Origin: Waterburya sp.
GTDB taxonomy: Bacteria > Cyanobacteriota > Cyanobacteriia > Cyanobacteriales > Xenococcaceae
Assembly (NCBI GenBank): GCA_965217895.1
Contig: CBDCJV010000002.1
Coordinates: 1,408,001 to 1,472,000 of the forward strand
DNA: 64,000 bases
Direction: 5' to 3'
The notes under the pieces are model-generated. The model was given only the letters and a program-made list of their open reading frames with translations, was not told the DNA's origin and did not search any database. Positions 1-10,659 of this stretch are shown piece after piece (within the stretch, counting starts at the first letter, position 1; the number at the start of each line of letters is the position of its first letter). Made by a program: the position numbers and the translations under genes.

Positions 1-1007
1 TTAGGGTAGACGCTGTAGCTTCCATGCTTTACCTCAATTACTGCCGTGAAGATGGCGAATGGGTTGCTAACGATTACGGCGGTTGTGAAAATATTGAAGC
101 TGCTGACTTTTTACGTCAGGTCAACAGCTTATTGTTTAGTTATTTCCCTGGAGTACTCTCCATTGCTGAAGAATCCACCTCTTGGCCGATGGTATCTTGG
201 CCTACCTATACTGGTGGTTTAGGCTTCAACATGAAGTGGAACATGGGTTGGATGCACGATATGTTGGATTATTTCCACATGGATCCTTGGTTTCGCCAGT
301 TTCACCAAAACAATCTGACCTTTAGTATGTGGTATCACCACACTGAAAACTATATGCTGGCACTGTCTCACGATGAGATTGTCCACGGCAAAAGTAATAT
401 TATTGGCAAAATGCCAGGGGATGAATGGCAAAAGTTTGCTAACGTCCGTTGTCTATTTGGCTATATGTTTGCTCACCCAGGTAAGAAGACCATGTTCATG
501 AGCATGGAGTTTGGTCAATGGACTGAATGGCATGACTGGGTAGATCTAGACTGGGATTTACTACAGTACAGTTCTCATAAAGCCTTAAAACAATTCTTAA
601 GTGACCTCAATAGAATCTACAAGAGCGAACCCGCTTTATATAGTCTTGACTTTGAAGAAGAAGGTTTTAAATGGATCGACTGTAGCGATAATCGTCATAG
701 CGTCGTAGCATTTGTTCGTCGTGGCAAAGACAATAACGAGTTTGTAATTGCGGTGTGCAACTTTACTCCTCAACCCCATAGCCACTATCGTATTGGCGTT
801 CCTGAAAAAGGTTTTTATACCGAAATGTTGAACAGCGATGCTGGTAAGTATGGCGGTAGCAACATGGGTAACTATGGCGGTAAGTGGACTGATGACTGGT
901 CTTGTCATAACTATCCCTATTCTTTAGATGTTTGCTTGCCTCCTTTGGGTGTTTTGCTCTTTAAGCTAGATCGCCAGAAGACCCAAGCAGCTTTAAAAGG
1001 TAATTAA
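1..1007 (+). CDS. glgB: 1,4-alpha-glucan branching enzyme (5'-truncated by window edge)
   Basis: GH13 motifs (R)[34 protein letters not shown]. Confidence 0.97.
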   Translation, partial: RVDAVASMLYLNYCREDGEWVANDYGGCENIEAADFLRQVNSLLFSYFPGVLSIAEESTSWPMVSWPTYTGGLGFNMKWNMGWMHDMLDYFHMDPWFRQFHQNNLTFSMWYHHTENYMLALSHDEIVHGKSNIIGKMPGDEWQKFANVRCLFGYMFAHPGKKTMFMSMEFGQWTEWHDWVDLDWDLLQYSSHKALKQFLSDLNRIYKSEPALYSLDFEEEGFKWIDCSDNRHSVVAFVRRGKDNNEFVIAVCNFTPQPHSHYRIGVPEKGFYTEMLNSDAGKYGGSNMGNYGGKWTDDWSCHNYPYSLDVCLPPLGVLLFKLDRQKTQAALKGN

Positions 1008-1103
1008 GAGGTTGTTGGTTTGCTCCCCTCGCCCCCAGAATTGGTAAAGCTGCTTCATTCTTAATCACAGTCAGGTAAATTAAAGTAAAAGCTTAATTTA
1101 AGG

Positions 1104-1307
1104 TTTAATGACTATTTAAAACAAATCCCTGATGAGCGAACGGCAAGTGGTAGAAGGCATTCTCTGTGGCTAATTCTACTAATATGGGCATCGCAGTATA
1201 CTGATAATAGTAATGGTCAATGAATTGCAATCGATGGTAAAAGCTTAAAAAATACGGTAAATGACTGTTATGGAAAAGAGCAAAATTTTGTCATGATGGT
1301 TTCGGCA
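1104..1307 (+). pseudogene. ISAs1-family (H-repeat) transposase remnant, internally deleted
   Basis: One frame reads DYLKQIPDERTASGRRHSLWLILLI joined to WASQY..GQ*IAIDGKSLKNTV..EQNFVMMVSA. These resemble the N-terminal and IAIDGK motifs of ISAs1 transposases; in-frame TGA at 1221-1223. Confidence 0.8.
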
Positions 1308-1476
1308 ATAGGGAGAGTTTGAATTTTGTTGCTATTTTCATTTTCTCCCTACTTGCTCTCCATTCTCTCTCTGTTTTCTAGTCTCACCTTTTTGTTAGTC
1401 TAAACTACAGTGAAAATCGGGAAAGCGATAAATCACCATGAAATCTCCTAAGTCGGCTTTAGATTATCCTTGAGAG

Positions 1477-1512
1477 CTAAATCCGATTATCAAAATAAAT
1501 CGGATTTAGTAT
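1477..1512. repeat. Inverted repeat CTAAATCCGATT/AATCGGATTTAG, probably a collapsed MITE
   Basis: 12-bp arms with 9-nt spacer; the right arm recurs as a 16-bp exact reverse complement at 11851-11866. Confidence 0.65.
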
Positions 1513-1706
1513 AAAAGCATAGTCCAAGATATCAAGTCAGGTAGAAGATGGAGTTATCTAAATTCTCATCTCGGCAAAAAAGATACAGTTGCTTGAAGAG
1601 GCTGTAGAGTAGGAGTGTTCGGGTTATATTTGGGTTACCATTAGCTTGTAAACGCTACAGCCAAGTTAACTTAGATCTCTAAATCACTGTAGTATCTAAA
1701 AGAATA

Positions 1707-1778
1707 TGGGCGATACTGGATTTGAACCAGTGGCGTCCTGCTTGTAAGGCAGGCGCTCTACCGCTGAGCTAATCGCCC
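1707..1778 (-). tRNA. trnV: tRNA-Val(TAC)
   Basis: Reverse complement GGGCGATTAGCTCAGCGGTAGAGCGCCTGCCT-TAC-AAGCAGGACGCCACTGGTTCAAATCCAGTATCGCCCA folds as a cloverleaf; CCA not encoded. Confidence 0.97.
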
Positions 1779-2096
1779 TAGAACTTTTGATTTTGCACTT
1801 CGTTCGTTAGTATAGCAAGATTAAGGTTTTTTGTGCAAATAGAATGAACAGGCTTAATCTGTAACTCGTTTTTTTCAATCTGAAGCCATTCAATTTAACG
1901 AAGCCGCCGTTGCCGTTTTGGGTTTAGTCATAAATTAAGCAAGTGCTTTGCGCCATCTGCCTTACAACTTCTGCCTTCCAAGGAGCAAGCCTTGGTAATC
2001 TGTGGTGCAGATAGTTGGGTTGAGTATGCGTTTGCCCTGGCAAAATAATAGAATACAGATAACTTTTACTTAGCGTGTAGGCAGCAAGGCAAAACA

Positions 2097-2609
2097 ATGG
2101 ACGCTTTAAAATTACAAAATACTTTAAACCTCAATGACTCAAATTTGCCTTATCCAGACCCCATGCATCCAATTGTGGTTCACTTTGTAATAGCTATGGT
2201 ATTTATGGCTTTTTTCTGCGATGTCATTGGCTATTTTTTTGATCGACGACATTTGCACGAAGTAAGTTTCTGGAATCTGTTTGTTGCTACGGGGGCTATT
2301 TTCGTAGCAATTTTATTTGGTCAGTTTGAAGCAGGTTTGGCAACTCCCTATCCAGCAGCCCAGTCCGTATTAAATGTACACACATTAATTGGTTGGTCGC
2401 TGGCGGGAATTTTAGCTCTTATTACTGGTTGGCGATTCGTTATTCGCTATCGTAATCCTCTGAAAATTCCTTCTTATTATCTCGGTGCTGCTACATTTTT
2501 AATTATTATAGTAAGTCTCCAAGTATTTTTGGGAACTCAGCTAGTTTGGGAATATGGGCTTCACGTTAAGCCTGTCGTCGAAGCTATGAATCAAGGCATT
2601 TTGAAATGA
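2097..2609 (+). CDS. DUF2231-like membrane protein
   Basis: HPIVVHF motif, about 4 TM helices, LVWEYGLHV end; precedes the oxidase genes. Confidence 0.8.
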   Translation: MDALKLQNTLNLNDSNLPYPDPMHPIVVHFVIAMVFMAFFCDVIGYFFDRRHLHEVSFWNLFVATGAIFVAILFGQFEAGLATPYPAAQSVLNVHTLIGWSLAGILALITGWRFVIRYRNPLKIPSYYLGAATFLIIIVSLQVFLGTQLVWEYGLHVKPVVEAMNQGILK

Positions 2610-2612
2610 ATA

Positions 2613-3224
2613 ATGAATTCAGAACTTATCAACCAATTACAACAGTTAAGAATTGAACTAGGAGCCAACGGGCTACCCTACAAACTGCCCATACACCCAG
2701 TTTTGGTTCATTTTACTCTGGGTCTATTTATTATCGGCATTATTTTCGATCTGGCGGCAACTTTTTTTGCTTGGGAGAAACCGATTCTCAAATTTTTAGA
2801 TTTACCTGCCTTTCGTTCTGGCTTTTATACCGTGGGCTTTTATAACGTCACCGTAGCAGCCGCAATTAGTTTTTTCACCGTTACCGCAGGTTTTCTGGAA
2901 ATTATGCTGGCGCAACCGCCTCTTGATGCCAAAAGTGCTTGGGGATTAGGGGCAGGTACGACAATGATTCTACACGGTCTGGGAGGAGTTTTGCTGCTGT
3001 TTACCTTCGCAGCGATGGCGGTATGGCGAGGATTACAGCGTTATCGCTGGCGCAAAGATAAGTCAAGAGAAGTCGTCTGGTCTTATCTATTAATTGGCGT
3101 TGTTCTTTTGGGCGTTTTGTATGTTCACGGAACTTTAGGAGCGCATTTAGGCGGTGATTTTGGAATCCATAATACTGCTGGTAATTTATTAAAGGAAGGG
3201 TTAAATCCCAATGATTTACTATAA
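2613..3224 (+). CDS. DUF2231-like membrane protein (paralog)
   Basis: HPVLVHF motif, TM helices, LGAHLGGDFGIH. Confidence 0.8.
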   Translation: MNSELINQLQQLRIELGANGLPYKLPIHPVLVHFTLGLFIIGIIFDLAATFFAWEKPILKFLDLPAFRSGFYTVGFYNVTVAAAISFFTVTAGFLEIMLAQPPLDAKSAWGLGAGTTMILHGLGGVLLLFTFAAMAVWRGLQRYRWRKDKSREVVWSYLLIGVVLLGVLYVHGTLGAHLGGDFGIHNTAGNLLKEGLNPNDLL

Positions 3225-3282
3225 GAAGAGATTTAAATAAATATTTTCTAGCGTTAGATCTAATGAGCAAAATTAGAAGATT

Positions 3283-4212
3283 ATGACCAGAACTTTTGAA
3301 TATATTTTGATGGCAGTAGGAATGGTAATAATCATTGTGCTTAGCTACTGGCTAGGACAAGTATCTTACTCCTGGATGCCCGTTGAAGCCTCTACAGATG
3401 CCAAACACATTGACGATTTATTTAGCTTTCTTGTGACCATGGCATCGGTGATTTTTTTGGGAGTCATTGGCACGATAGTAAATTCGCTGATTTTTTATCG
3501 AGCTGAATCTGGTGACTACACCGAAGGACACGCCTACAGACACAACTGGAAACTAGAAGTTGTCTGGTTCGTAGTCCCCGCAGCCCTAGTAAGCTGGATT
3601 GTGATTTACAGCTTTAATATTTATGCTCGTATGGAAATAGCTGGTCCTACAGAGCTATTAGCAACTTCAAAACCAGAGTCAGAAGTAATCGAGCAACAGA
3701 AGAATAACGGGGAAGCGACAACCATCGGCGTGGTAGCCAAACAATGGGCTTGGGATTTCCACTATCCCAATAAAAACGTATCTCACGAACTGCATCTGCC
3801 AATTAACCAACGGGTTCGTTTGATTTTACAGTCAGAAGATGTGCTACACGGTTTTTATGTACCTGAATTTCGGATCAAGCAGGATATTATCCCTAGTCGA
3901 GAGATTCCCTTTCAATTTGTTCCCAGCCGTGTCGGTAAATATAAGCTGCATGATTCTCAGTTAAGCGGAACTTATTTCGCTATAAATGAAGCAAATGTGT
4001 ATGTGGATACGGTTGAAGATTACCAAAAGTGGCTGGCTCATGGGTCGAGCGATCGTTTAACCTCCTCTGAGTCGAACTCTGATTTTAATTTAGCAGCGAC
4101 CGAACACGCTCAACCACAAACAAGAGCTTTCAATAGTCATTATCCCACCGTTATTCCCGCTCAAAGTAGCCAGATTGCTTTGGAGAATAATTCTGCTGAA
4201 ATAACTAATTAA
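3283..4212 (+). CDS. ctaC: Heme-copper oxidase subunit II, CuA-less (ARTO type)
   Basis: KQWAWDFHY and EDVLHGFYVP present; CxExCGxxHxxM replaced by DSQLSGTYFAIN. Confidence 0.92.
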   Translation: MTRTFEYILMAVGMVIIIVLSYWLGQVSYSWMPVEASTDAKHIDDLFSFLVTMASVIFLGVIGTIVNSLIFYRAESGDYTEGHAYRHNWKLEVVWFVVPAALVSWIVIYSFNIYARMEIAGPTELLATSKPESEVIEQQKNNGEATTIGVVAKQWAWDFHYPNKNVSHELHLPINQRVRLILQSEDVLHGFYVPEFRIKQDIIPSREIPFQFVPSRVGKYKLHDSQLSGTYFAINEANVYVDTVEDYQKWLAHGSSDRLTSSESNSDFNLAATEHAQPQTRAFNSHYPTVIPAQSSQIALENNSAEITN

Positions 4213-4272
4213 GTAATAACTAATATCTAAAAGCTAATTTACGCTCGACAAAACCAATTTACCTCAAACCTT

Positions 4273-5940
4273 ATGACCAACAATCCTGCTCATGGCGTTA
4301 TCGTTCCCGAATCTGAGGGTACTTTAAGCGAATCAGAAAAAAACTGGAAACGTTACTTTAGCTTTAGCACCGACCATAAAGTTATTGGCGTTCAATATTT
4401 AGTGACTTCCTTTATTTTCTTTCTGCTCGCTGGCTTAATGTCAATGATCGTACGAGCAGAACTAATTACCCCCGCATCGGATCTAGTTGATCGCCCTTTG
4501 TATAATTCCTTATTTACTATGCACGGTACGGTAATGATTTTCTTGTGGATTATACCGTCGCTCACAGGTATATCCAATTATGTCATACCGTTGATGATTG
4601 GAGCTAAAGATATAGCGTTCCCTAAGTTAAATGCGATCGCTTTTTGGATAGTTCCACCTGCGGGGATACTTTTAATGTCAAGTTTTTTCCTACCAAGCGG
4701 TGCAGCACAGGCTGGCTGGTGGTCTTATCCTCCTTTAAGTATTCAAAATCCTTCAGGTAACTTACTCAATGGCGAACTGTTTTGGGTTCTGAGTATTTTT
4801 CTGTTGGGTGTTTCCTCAATTATGGCAGCAGTCAACTTTGTGGCAACAATTGTCTGGCTGCGTGCAGCGGGGATGTCTTATTTTCGGATGCCAATCTTTG
4901 TCTGGACGGTTTTAGCTGCCCAGTTGATGCAGTTGATTTATCTGCCTTCTCTGACGGGGGTAGCAATTATGTTGCTGGGGGATCTCACTCTTGGCACTAA
5001 CTTTTTTGTGCCAGATGTCCAGGGCGATCCCGTTCTTTACCAGCAGCTATTTTGGTTTTACTCTCACCCTACTGTTTATGTATGGGCATTGCCAGCATTT
5101 GGTCTTTTTTCGGAGATAATTCCCGCTTTTAGTCGCAACCCTCTATTTGGTTATCGCTCGGTGGCGATCGCTACGATTTGTTTTGTCCCCATGAGTGGTT
5201 TAGTCTGGGCGCATCATCTGTTTGCCAGCGGGACACCCGAATGGCTCAGAGTAGCCATGATGATTACTTCAGAGCTTCTGGCTATCCCTACAGGAATCAA
5301 AGTTTTTGCCTGGACGGCAACTATCTGGAAAGGTAAGCTTCACTTAGAAACGCCCATGCTATTTGCGATCGGCGGTGTGGTCATGTTTTTGTTTGCTGGT
5401 ATTACTGGAGTAATGCTGGGGGCGATGCCTTTTGACCTGCACGTAAACAACACCTATTTTGTTGTGGGACACTTTCACTACATCGTCTATAACACTATTA
5501 CTATGATACTGTTTGGCGCAATTTACTATTGGTTTCCCAAAATTTCTGGACGGATGTATTCTGAAGGTTGGGGTAAAGTCCATTTCTGGCTGACTTTCAT
5601 CGGTGCTAATCTCACTTTCTTTCCGATGCACCCGTTGGGCTTACAGGGTATGCTGCGTCGCATCTCTTCCTACGATCCACAATACGCAAGTTGGAATATC
5701 CTGGCTAGCTTGGGAGCATTTTTACTAGGAGTTTCCATACTGCCTTTTATTGCTAATATCGTCAGTTCTTGGCTACAGGGGGCAAAAGCAACTAAAAATC
5801 CTTGGTTAGCTACAGGACTGGAATGGACGGTTTCTTCTCCCCCTCCAGAAGAAAACTTTGATGAGATTCCTGTGGTAGACGAGCAGCCTTATGATTATGG
5901 TAAAGCCAAATATTCCGACCCTCGATTGGCTAATGAGTAA
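4273..5940 (+). CDS. ctaD: Heme-copper oxidase subunit I
   Basis: STDHKVIG, TMHG, FWFYSHPTVY, WAHH, GHFHY ligand motifs intact. Confidence 0.96.
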   Translation: MTNNPAHGVIVPESEGTLSESEKNWKRYFSFSTDHKVIGVQYLVTSFIFFLLAGLMSMIVRAELITPASDLVDRPLYNSLFTMHGTVMIFLWIIPSLTGISNYVIPLMIGAKDIAFPKLNAIAFWIVPPAGILLMSSFFLPSGAAQAGWWSYPPLSIQNPSGNLLNGELFWVLSIFLLGVSSIMAAVNFVATIVWLRAAGMSYFRMPIFVWTVLAAQLMQLIYLPSLTGVAIMLLGDLTLGTNFFVPDVQGDPVLYQQLFWFYSHPTVYVWALPAFGLFSEIIPAFSRNPLFGYRSVAIATICFVPMSGLVWAHHLFASGTPEWLRVAMMITSELLAIPTGIKVFAWTATIWKGKLHLETPMLFAIGGVVMFLFAGITGVMLGAMPFDLHVNNTYFVVGHFHYIVYNTITMILFGAIYYWFPKISGRMYSEGWGKVHFWLTFIGANLTFFPMHPLGLQGMLRRISSYDPQYASWNILASLGAFLLGVSILPFIANIVSSWLQGAKATKNPWLATGLEWTVSSPPPEENFDEIPVVDEQPYDYGKAKYSDPRLANE

Positions 5941-6155
5941 AAAGTAACGAGTAACGGCAATTAAGCTGCTACTCGTTTGATTCAATCTGAACTTATATCA
6001 GAAAAAAAGTTTAGCTCAATGATTGATGGAATAAATAGAATAATTCGGATACTAATTAGTACTATTAAAAAGCTTAAAGATAAATAATCATTACTCGTTA
6101 TTTCAAAATGCAAAAATTAACTTTCACCACCGTAAATTTTGCGCACCTGTAAACT

Positions 6156-6824
6156 ATGACAAATTCTACCCCTAATCCTCAAAGAATCCCCGATGAGAAT
6201 CCATTTCCTGATAAATTGCGAGAAATTTTACCTCGGTGGCTACAGCAATTTTTGCCTGCTGGCGGGGGAGATGAGCATCGGCAAGAGGATAAAACTCTCT
6301 TTGGCTTCGTAACTTTCTTAATTTCCGAAAGCTTTATTTTTCTCGGCTTTATCGTTAGCTCTATTGGCTTGCGCTTAACCGTTGACCCATGGATACCAAC
6401 TGGAGTTTCTGGTCCCGAGATATCTACCATGACAATTATTTCAACTGTTGTACTGCTTTCTAGTAGTATTGTGGTTTATTTTGCCGAACGCGCTCTTAAA
6501 AAAGCTAAAATATGGCAGTTTCGCTTACTGTGGCTGCTTACGGCAGTAATGGGAGCTTTCTTTCTTTATGCAGAGATTTCTGAATGGCTCGGTAATGATT
6601 TTGGTCCAGCAACGGGAATAATGGGATCGGCATACTATTTATTGACGGGTTTTCATGGACTGCACGTAACTGCTGGAATTATCTTACTAACCATCATGCT
6701 TCTGCGTTCTTTTATTCCTAATATTTATCGAGATGGTAACTATGGGGTAACGGCAATTTCTTGGTTCTGGCACTTTGTTGATGTACTTTGGATTTTCTTG
6801 TTTTCTCTAATTTATCTTTGGTAA
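6156..6824 (+). CDS. ctaE: Heme-copper oxidase subunit III
   Basis: LTGFHGLHV and WHFVDVLW motifs. Confidence 0.95.
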   Translation: MTNSTPNPQRIPDENPFPDKLREILPRWLQQFLPAGGGDEHRQEDKTLFGFVTFLISESFIFLGFIVSSIGLRLTVDPWIPTGVSGPEISTMTIISTVVLLSSSIVVYFAERALKKAKIWQFRLLWLLTAVMGAFFLYAEISEWLGNDFGPATGIMGSAYYLLTGFHGLHVTAGIILLTIMLLRSFIPNIYRDGNYGVTAISWFWHFVDVLWIFLFSLIYLW

Positions 6825-6880
6825 CAAATATAAAGAGTAGTTCGTGTGAGCTACTTTTATACTATTATATCTACCCCGCA

Positions 6881-6945
6881 TAAGTAGCTGTGTAAAATTG
6901 ATTTTCTAGTTGAGATTGAGGAAAGGTAAAGGTGAGCAGCACTTA
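6881..6945. mobile_element. Short MITE-like remnant
   Basis: Imperfect terminal inverted repeats TAAGTAGCTG / CAGCACTTA. Confidence 0.4.
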
Positions 6946-7038
6946 ATTTATTCTCAAGATCTAAGTTGTAAGAAACTGCCAGCTACATTGAACGTAGATC
7001 TAAAAATAGATACAATAGCGATCGCAACTGTTAATTAA

Positions 7039-7455
7039 TTATCGATCATCAATAGATTCTTTCTTAGCTGCGATCGCCAGTTGCACTTGAGGAATTTGTC
7101 GTAGCTGATCGATTACGTCTACTACCTGACCATGCTCTACGGTTTTATCAGCATTGATTATTACCGTAGCATTTGACTCTGTTTGAATCAGTTTCTCAAT
7201 CTCGGTTTTTAGCTGATTCAGTTGGGCGGGTTTACTATCTATGGTTAACTTGCCTTCCTTATCTAGACTTACGGTAATCTGTTTAGCCTTCTGGACTTCG
7301 GCAGTTTTAGCACCAGGCAGATTGACGGGTAAACCTTCAGAGCGAGTCAAATAGAGGCTAGAAACAATAAAAAATACCAAAATAGCGAAGATCACGTCGA
7401 TCATCGGCAGAATGTTGATTTTAGGTGGTAAATCTGGTTCTTCAGGTAAGCGCAT
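7039..7455 (-). CDS. exbD: Biopolymer transport protein ExbD/TolR
   Basis: INILPMIDVIFAILVFF; VIINADK motif. Confidence 0.93.
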   Translation of the reverse strand: MRLPEEPDLPPKINILPMIDVIFAILVFFIVSSLYLTRSEGLPVNLPGAKTAEVQKAKQITVSLDKEGKLTIDSKPAQLNQLKTEIEKLIQTESNATVIINADKTVEHGQVVDVIDQLRQIPQVQLAIAAKKESIDDR

Positions 7456-7517
7456 TGTTTAGATTGTTGTTAATTTGACATAAGATTTAGAGTGTTAGAA
7501 CTTTTAGCTCTCAGGCT

Positions 7518-8162
7518 CTATTTTCGATAGGCTTTTTGCTGTTCATATTTATCTAGGTGAATTAATTCTAATTGTCCCCCAACTTCTTGGATCACAGAGA
7601 TTTGCTGTAGATATAGCCCGCGGAAAATACTGGCAAAAAATAGTGTAGCGATCGCCACAATTAATCCTGCTGCGGTAGAAATCAAAGCTGTACCAATACC
7701 TCCTGTAACTCCTGCTGCCTGAGATGATTCTATATCACCTAATTTTAAAGAAGATAAAGAAGTGATTAGACCTAAAACCGTACCCAGCAAGCCTAATAAC
7801 GGCGCAACACCAATTACTGTTTCCAAGGAATTATTAAATCGCTTTAGGATTGGTATTTCTGCTTGAGCAGCACTTTCTAAGGCTAGCTTAAATTTTTCTG
7901 GTGTTGATCGCTCTAATGATAGAGCGACAGAAAAAATGCGGGCAATGGGCAAATTAAGGTGACGCTTAAGCATGATGCTAGCTGCTTGAGAATCTTCTTG
8001 ATATTGGTTGAGCAGTTGTTTGATTACATTGCTTTGCCCACGGGATATCTTCAGCCAAAAAAGCGATCGCTCTAAAATTATTGCCACAGAGTAGATTGAT
8101 AGTCCCAATAAGGGAATCATAACTACTCCACCGCTTTTAAAAAGCTGTAATATATTTTCCAT
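7518..8162 (-). CDS. exbB: MotA/TolQ/ExbB proton channel
   Basis: APLLGLLGTVLG; ALISTAAGLIVA. Confidence 0.93.
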   Translation of the reverse strand: MENILQLFKSGGVVMIPLLGLSIYSVAIILERSLFWLKISRGQSNVIKQLLNQYQEDSQAASIMLKRHLNLPIARIFSVALSLERSTPEKFKLALESAAQAEIPILKRFNNSLETVIGVAPLLGLLGTVLGLITSLSSLKLGDIESSQAAGVTGGIGTALISTAAGLIVAIATLFFASIFRGLYLQQISVIQEVGGQLELIHLDKYEQQKAYRK

Positions 8163-8184
8163 AAATTAAATCCCGTTTTAAGTC

Positions 8185-9273
8185 TTAATAGATATAAATG
8201 TTAAAGCTAAATTGAACTTCTAACGCCTCTAAAGGAAACTCAGGAGGCAAAGGAGCAAAAGGGGCAGAATTTTGGACTGCATCTAAAGATTCTCGATCTA
8301 CTTTTTCTGAGCCTGAAGTTTGGGTTACCCTGAGTCCTGTAATTTGACCATTTTTTTCAATGTTAAAGCTTAGATAAGTAGTATATTCTTCCGCTCTCTG
8401 AGAGGGATTCCAATTGCTCTTTACTCGCCGTTTAACCTCGGCAAAATAATCACTCAAGTCGATATCCTTGAGAGCATTTAACTGAGAAGGATTGAGAACA
8501 TCTTTATAAGCTAAGGCTTCTGGGCTAAAAAACGCATCTCCTCCACCATTAGCAAGAGTTCTTTTATAATCTCCACCCAATAAACTAGAGGCACTATTAC
8601 TTGGAACTGCCTCTGAACCCGATTTGGGAACGGTTTGGGATGGTTCTTTGGATGGTAAACTGGTGGCGACAGAAGTTTCTGGTTCTGATTTGGCTTCAGG
8701 TTTTGGCTGTGAGCTTGCTTCAGGTGTAGATTGGGTGGCTGGTTTGGAAGTTGAGACAGCATCTGGCTTTGATAATAGTGGCTGATTATTCTTAGGTAAT
8801 TTAGTTAATTTGGGTTCTGGTTGTGCTTGTGGTTCTGGTTTGGGAGGTGTGACTGGTTTAGATTCGGGTTTAGGAGGTGATGCTATTTGGGGAGCAGGAG
8901 CAGGTTCTTTCAAGGGAGTTGATGCTGGAGTACGGGCTGTGTCATCACCAATTTCTCGATCGCTAGAAGTTTTCTTTGGCTCAACTTTTTTTTCGGCAAC
9001 GGAATTTTCTGCTGCTCTTTTTTGCGTTTCTGGTGGTGGTTCTTTGCTAGATTCTTCGGGAGGAACAACCACAAATTCAATGGGTTTACTGTCTTCAGGT
9101 TTATCTTTGGCGATAGGATGAAGGCGTTGATAAACACTAAAAATAATCAAGCCTAAACCATGAATTAGTACAGAAGCTAAAATAAACAACAAAAGTTGTT
9201 GACGACTCAAACCAGAATAACTTTTGACTGGAGTTTCCTGATTGTCTCGATTTGCTGGTTTCACCTCTACCAT
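8185..9273 (-). CDS. tonB: TonB-family energy transducer
   Basis: N-terminal TM with SxxxH, Pro/Lys/Glu-rich linker, C-terminal TonB/TolA domain. Confidence 0.85.
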   Translation of the reverse strand: MVEVKPANRDNQETPVKSYSGLSRQQLLLFILASVLIHGLGLIIFSVYQRLHPIAKDKPEDSKPIEFVVVPPEESSKEPPPETQKRAAENSVAEKKVEPKKTSSDREIGDDTARTPASTPLKEPAPAPQIASPPKPESKPVTPPKPEPQAQPEPKLTKLPKNNQPLLSKPDAVSTSKPATQSTPEASSQPKPEAKSEPETSVATSLPSKEPSQTVPKSGSEAVPSNSASSLLGGDYKRTLANGGGDAFFSPEALAYKDVLNPSQLNALKDIDLSDYFAEVKRRVKSNWNPSQRAEEYTTYLSFNIEKNGQITGLRVTQTSGSEKVDRESLDAVQNSAPFAPLPPEFPLEALEVQFSFNIYIY

Positions 9274-9645
9274 TATTTAAAATCGCCTCTTATCAACCAA
9301 ATAATTTACTGGGTAATTTTACTTGCATTTAACCCTAACAAATTTAACTTAATGGTTGAGCAGGTTTTAATTATATAGTCATTTAAAATAGAAACCATAC
9401 GAAAAGGGAAAACTTTTATAAGTATCTCAAACTCCTCTGACCTCTAAACAGCCAATCATGAAGAAATTAATTGAAATGACTATATCTACCTCTAGTAAGA
9501 TTTAATACCGCTGTTTAATTCGGTAGTATTTATAAGAGCTAGACGACTGGTCTACTAGCGGCTTTAGATATTCCCATCAGTTAGGCAATAAGCAGGCTAG
9601 GAAAACAGAGCAATTAATTTTAAATTAACAAAATAAAGAGCAATT

Positions 9646-10383
9646 ATGTCTGAGATCCAAAACAAAGTAGTTATCATCACAGGAGCAAGTAGTGGACTAG
9701 GGGAAGCTACTGCTCGTCGGCTAGCCAAAAATGGAGCTAAATTGATGCTAGCTGCCAGACGAGAAGACCGCCTTAAAGAGTTGGTAGCAGATATCGCCAA
9801 AGACGGTGGTACTGCCAAATATCAGGTAACAGACGTTAGCGATCGCTCTCAAGTAGAAGCTTTGGTCAAAGCAACCCAACAGGCTTATGAACGGATTGAC
9901 GTTTTAGTTAATAATGCAGGTTTGATGCCCCTATCACCTTTAGCTGCAACTAAGGTAGATGAGTGGGAAAAAATGGTAGATGTAAACATCAAAGGAGTAC
10001 TGTACGGCATTGCTGCGGTAATGCCGATCATGCAGCAGCAAAAATCTGGTCATATAATTAACCTCTCTTCTGTAGCAGGACACAAAGTATTTCCTGGAGG
10101 AACAGTCTACTGTGCTACTAAGTTTGCTGTTAAAGCGATCTCCGAAGGAATCCGACTAGAATCAAATGGTGAAGTTCGTTCAACCAATATTTCTCCTGGG
10201 GCGGTAGATACAGAGTTAACCAACACTATTTCCCACGATGAGACAGCAAAAAACGTCAATCAACTCTACGGAGTAGCTATTGATGCCGATGCGATCGCTC
10301 GTGCCATTGTCTATGCTATCGAACAACCAGGGGATGTAGATATTAACGAAATGATTATCCGTCCTACCAAGCAAGAACTATAG
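9646..10383 (+). CDS. SDR family oxidoreductase
   Basis: TGASSGLG, NNAG, YCATK. Confidence 0.93.
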   Translation: MSEIQNKVVIITGASSGLGEATARRLAKNGAKLMLAARREDRLKELVADIAKDGGTAKYQVTDVSDRSQVEALVKATQQAYERIDVLVNNAGLMPLSPLAATKVDEWEKMVDVNIKGVLYGIAAVMPIMQQQKSGHIINLSSVAGHKVFPGGTVYCATKFAVKAISEGIRLESNGEVRSTNISPGAVDTELTNTISHDETAKNVNQLYGVAIDADAIARAIVYAIEQPGDVDINEMIIRPTKQEL

Positions 10384-10478
10384 AAACAAGTTATCGCAAT
10401 ACGTTAATCGGTTAAAAAAAATTTAATTGCTCGTAAGTAACCAAGGGGTATCCTCCGCAGGGAGTAACAAGTAATAAG

Positions 10479-10545
10479 TAACTGATATTACGCAGCATGG
10501 GGTCATGGAGTAGTGAGTAAGGAGTATAGAAGATAGGGTCGATCT
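10479..10545 (+). repeat. Partial copy of the CTGATATTACGCA-ended MITE
   Basis: TAACTGATATTACGCAGCATGGGGTCATGGAGT is the reverse complement of the end of the 37840-38025 element and its flank. Confidence 0.8.
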
Positions 10546-10659
10546 TTGGAGTGGTGGAGTGATGGAGATAGAAGAGTAGGATGCAACTTCTCTAGAATAA
10601 GCAGCGTCTGAGAAATTGTTAATATCAAAGTTATTCAGATTTAGCTTATATTTCTATTT

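Noticed and set aside
1707..1778. tRNA-Val as an island attachment site
   Set aside because: I saw no duplicated tRNA 3' end and there is no adjacent integrase
8511..9137. Alternative-frame ORFs within tonB, and similar nested ORFs in ctaD, fusA, polA and others
   Set aside because: Fully overlap well-supported genes; low-complexity shadows
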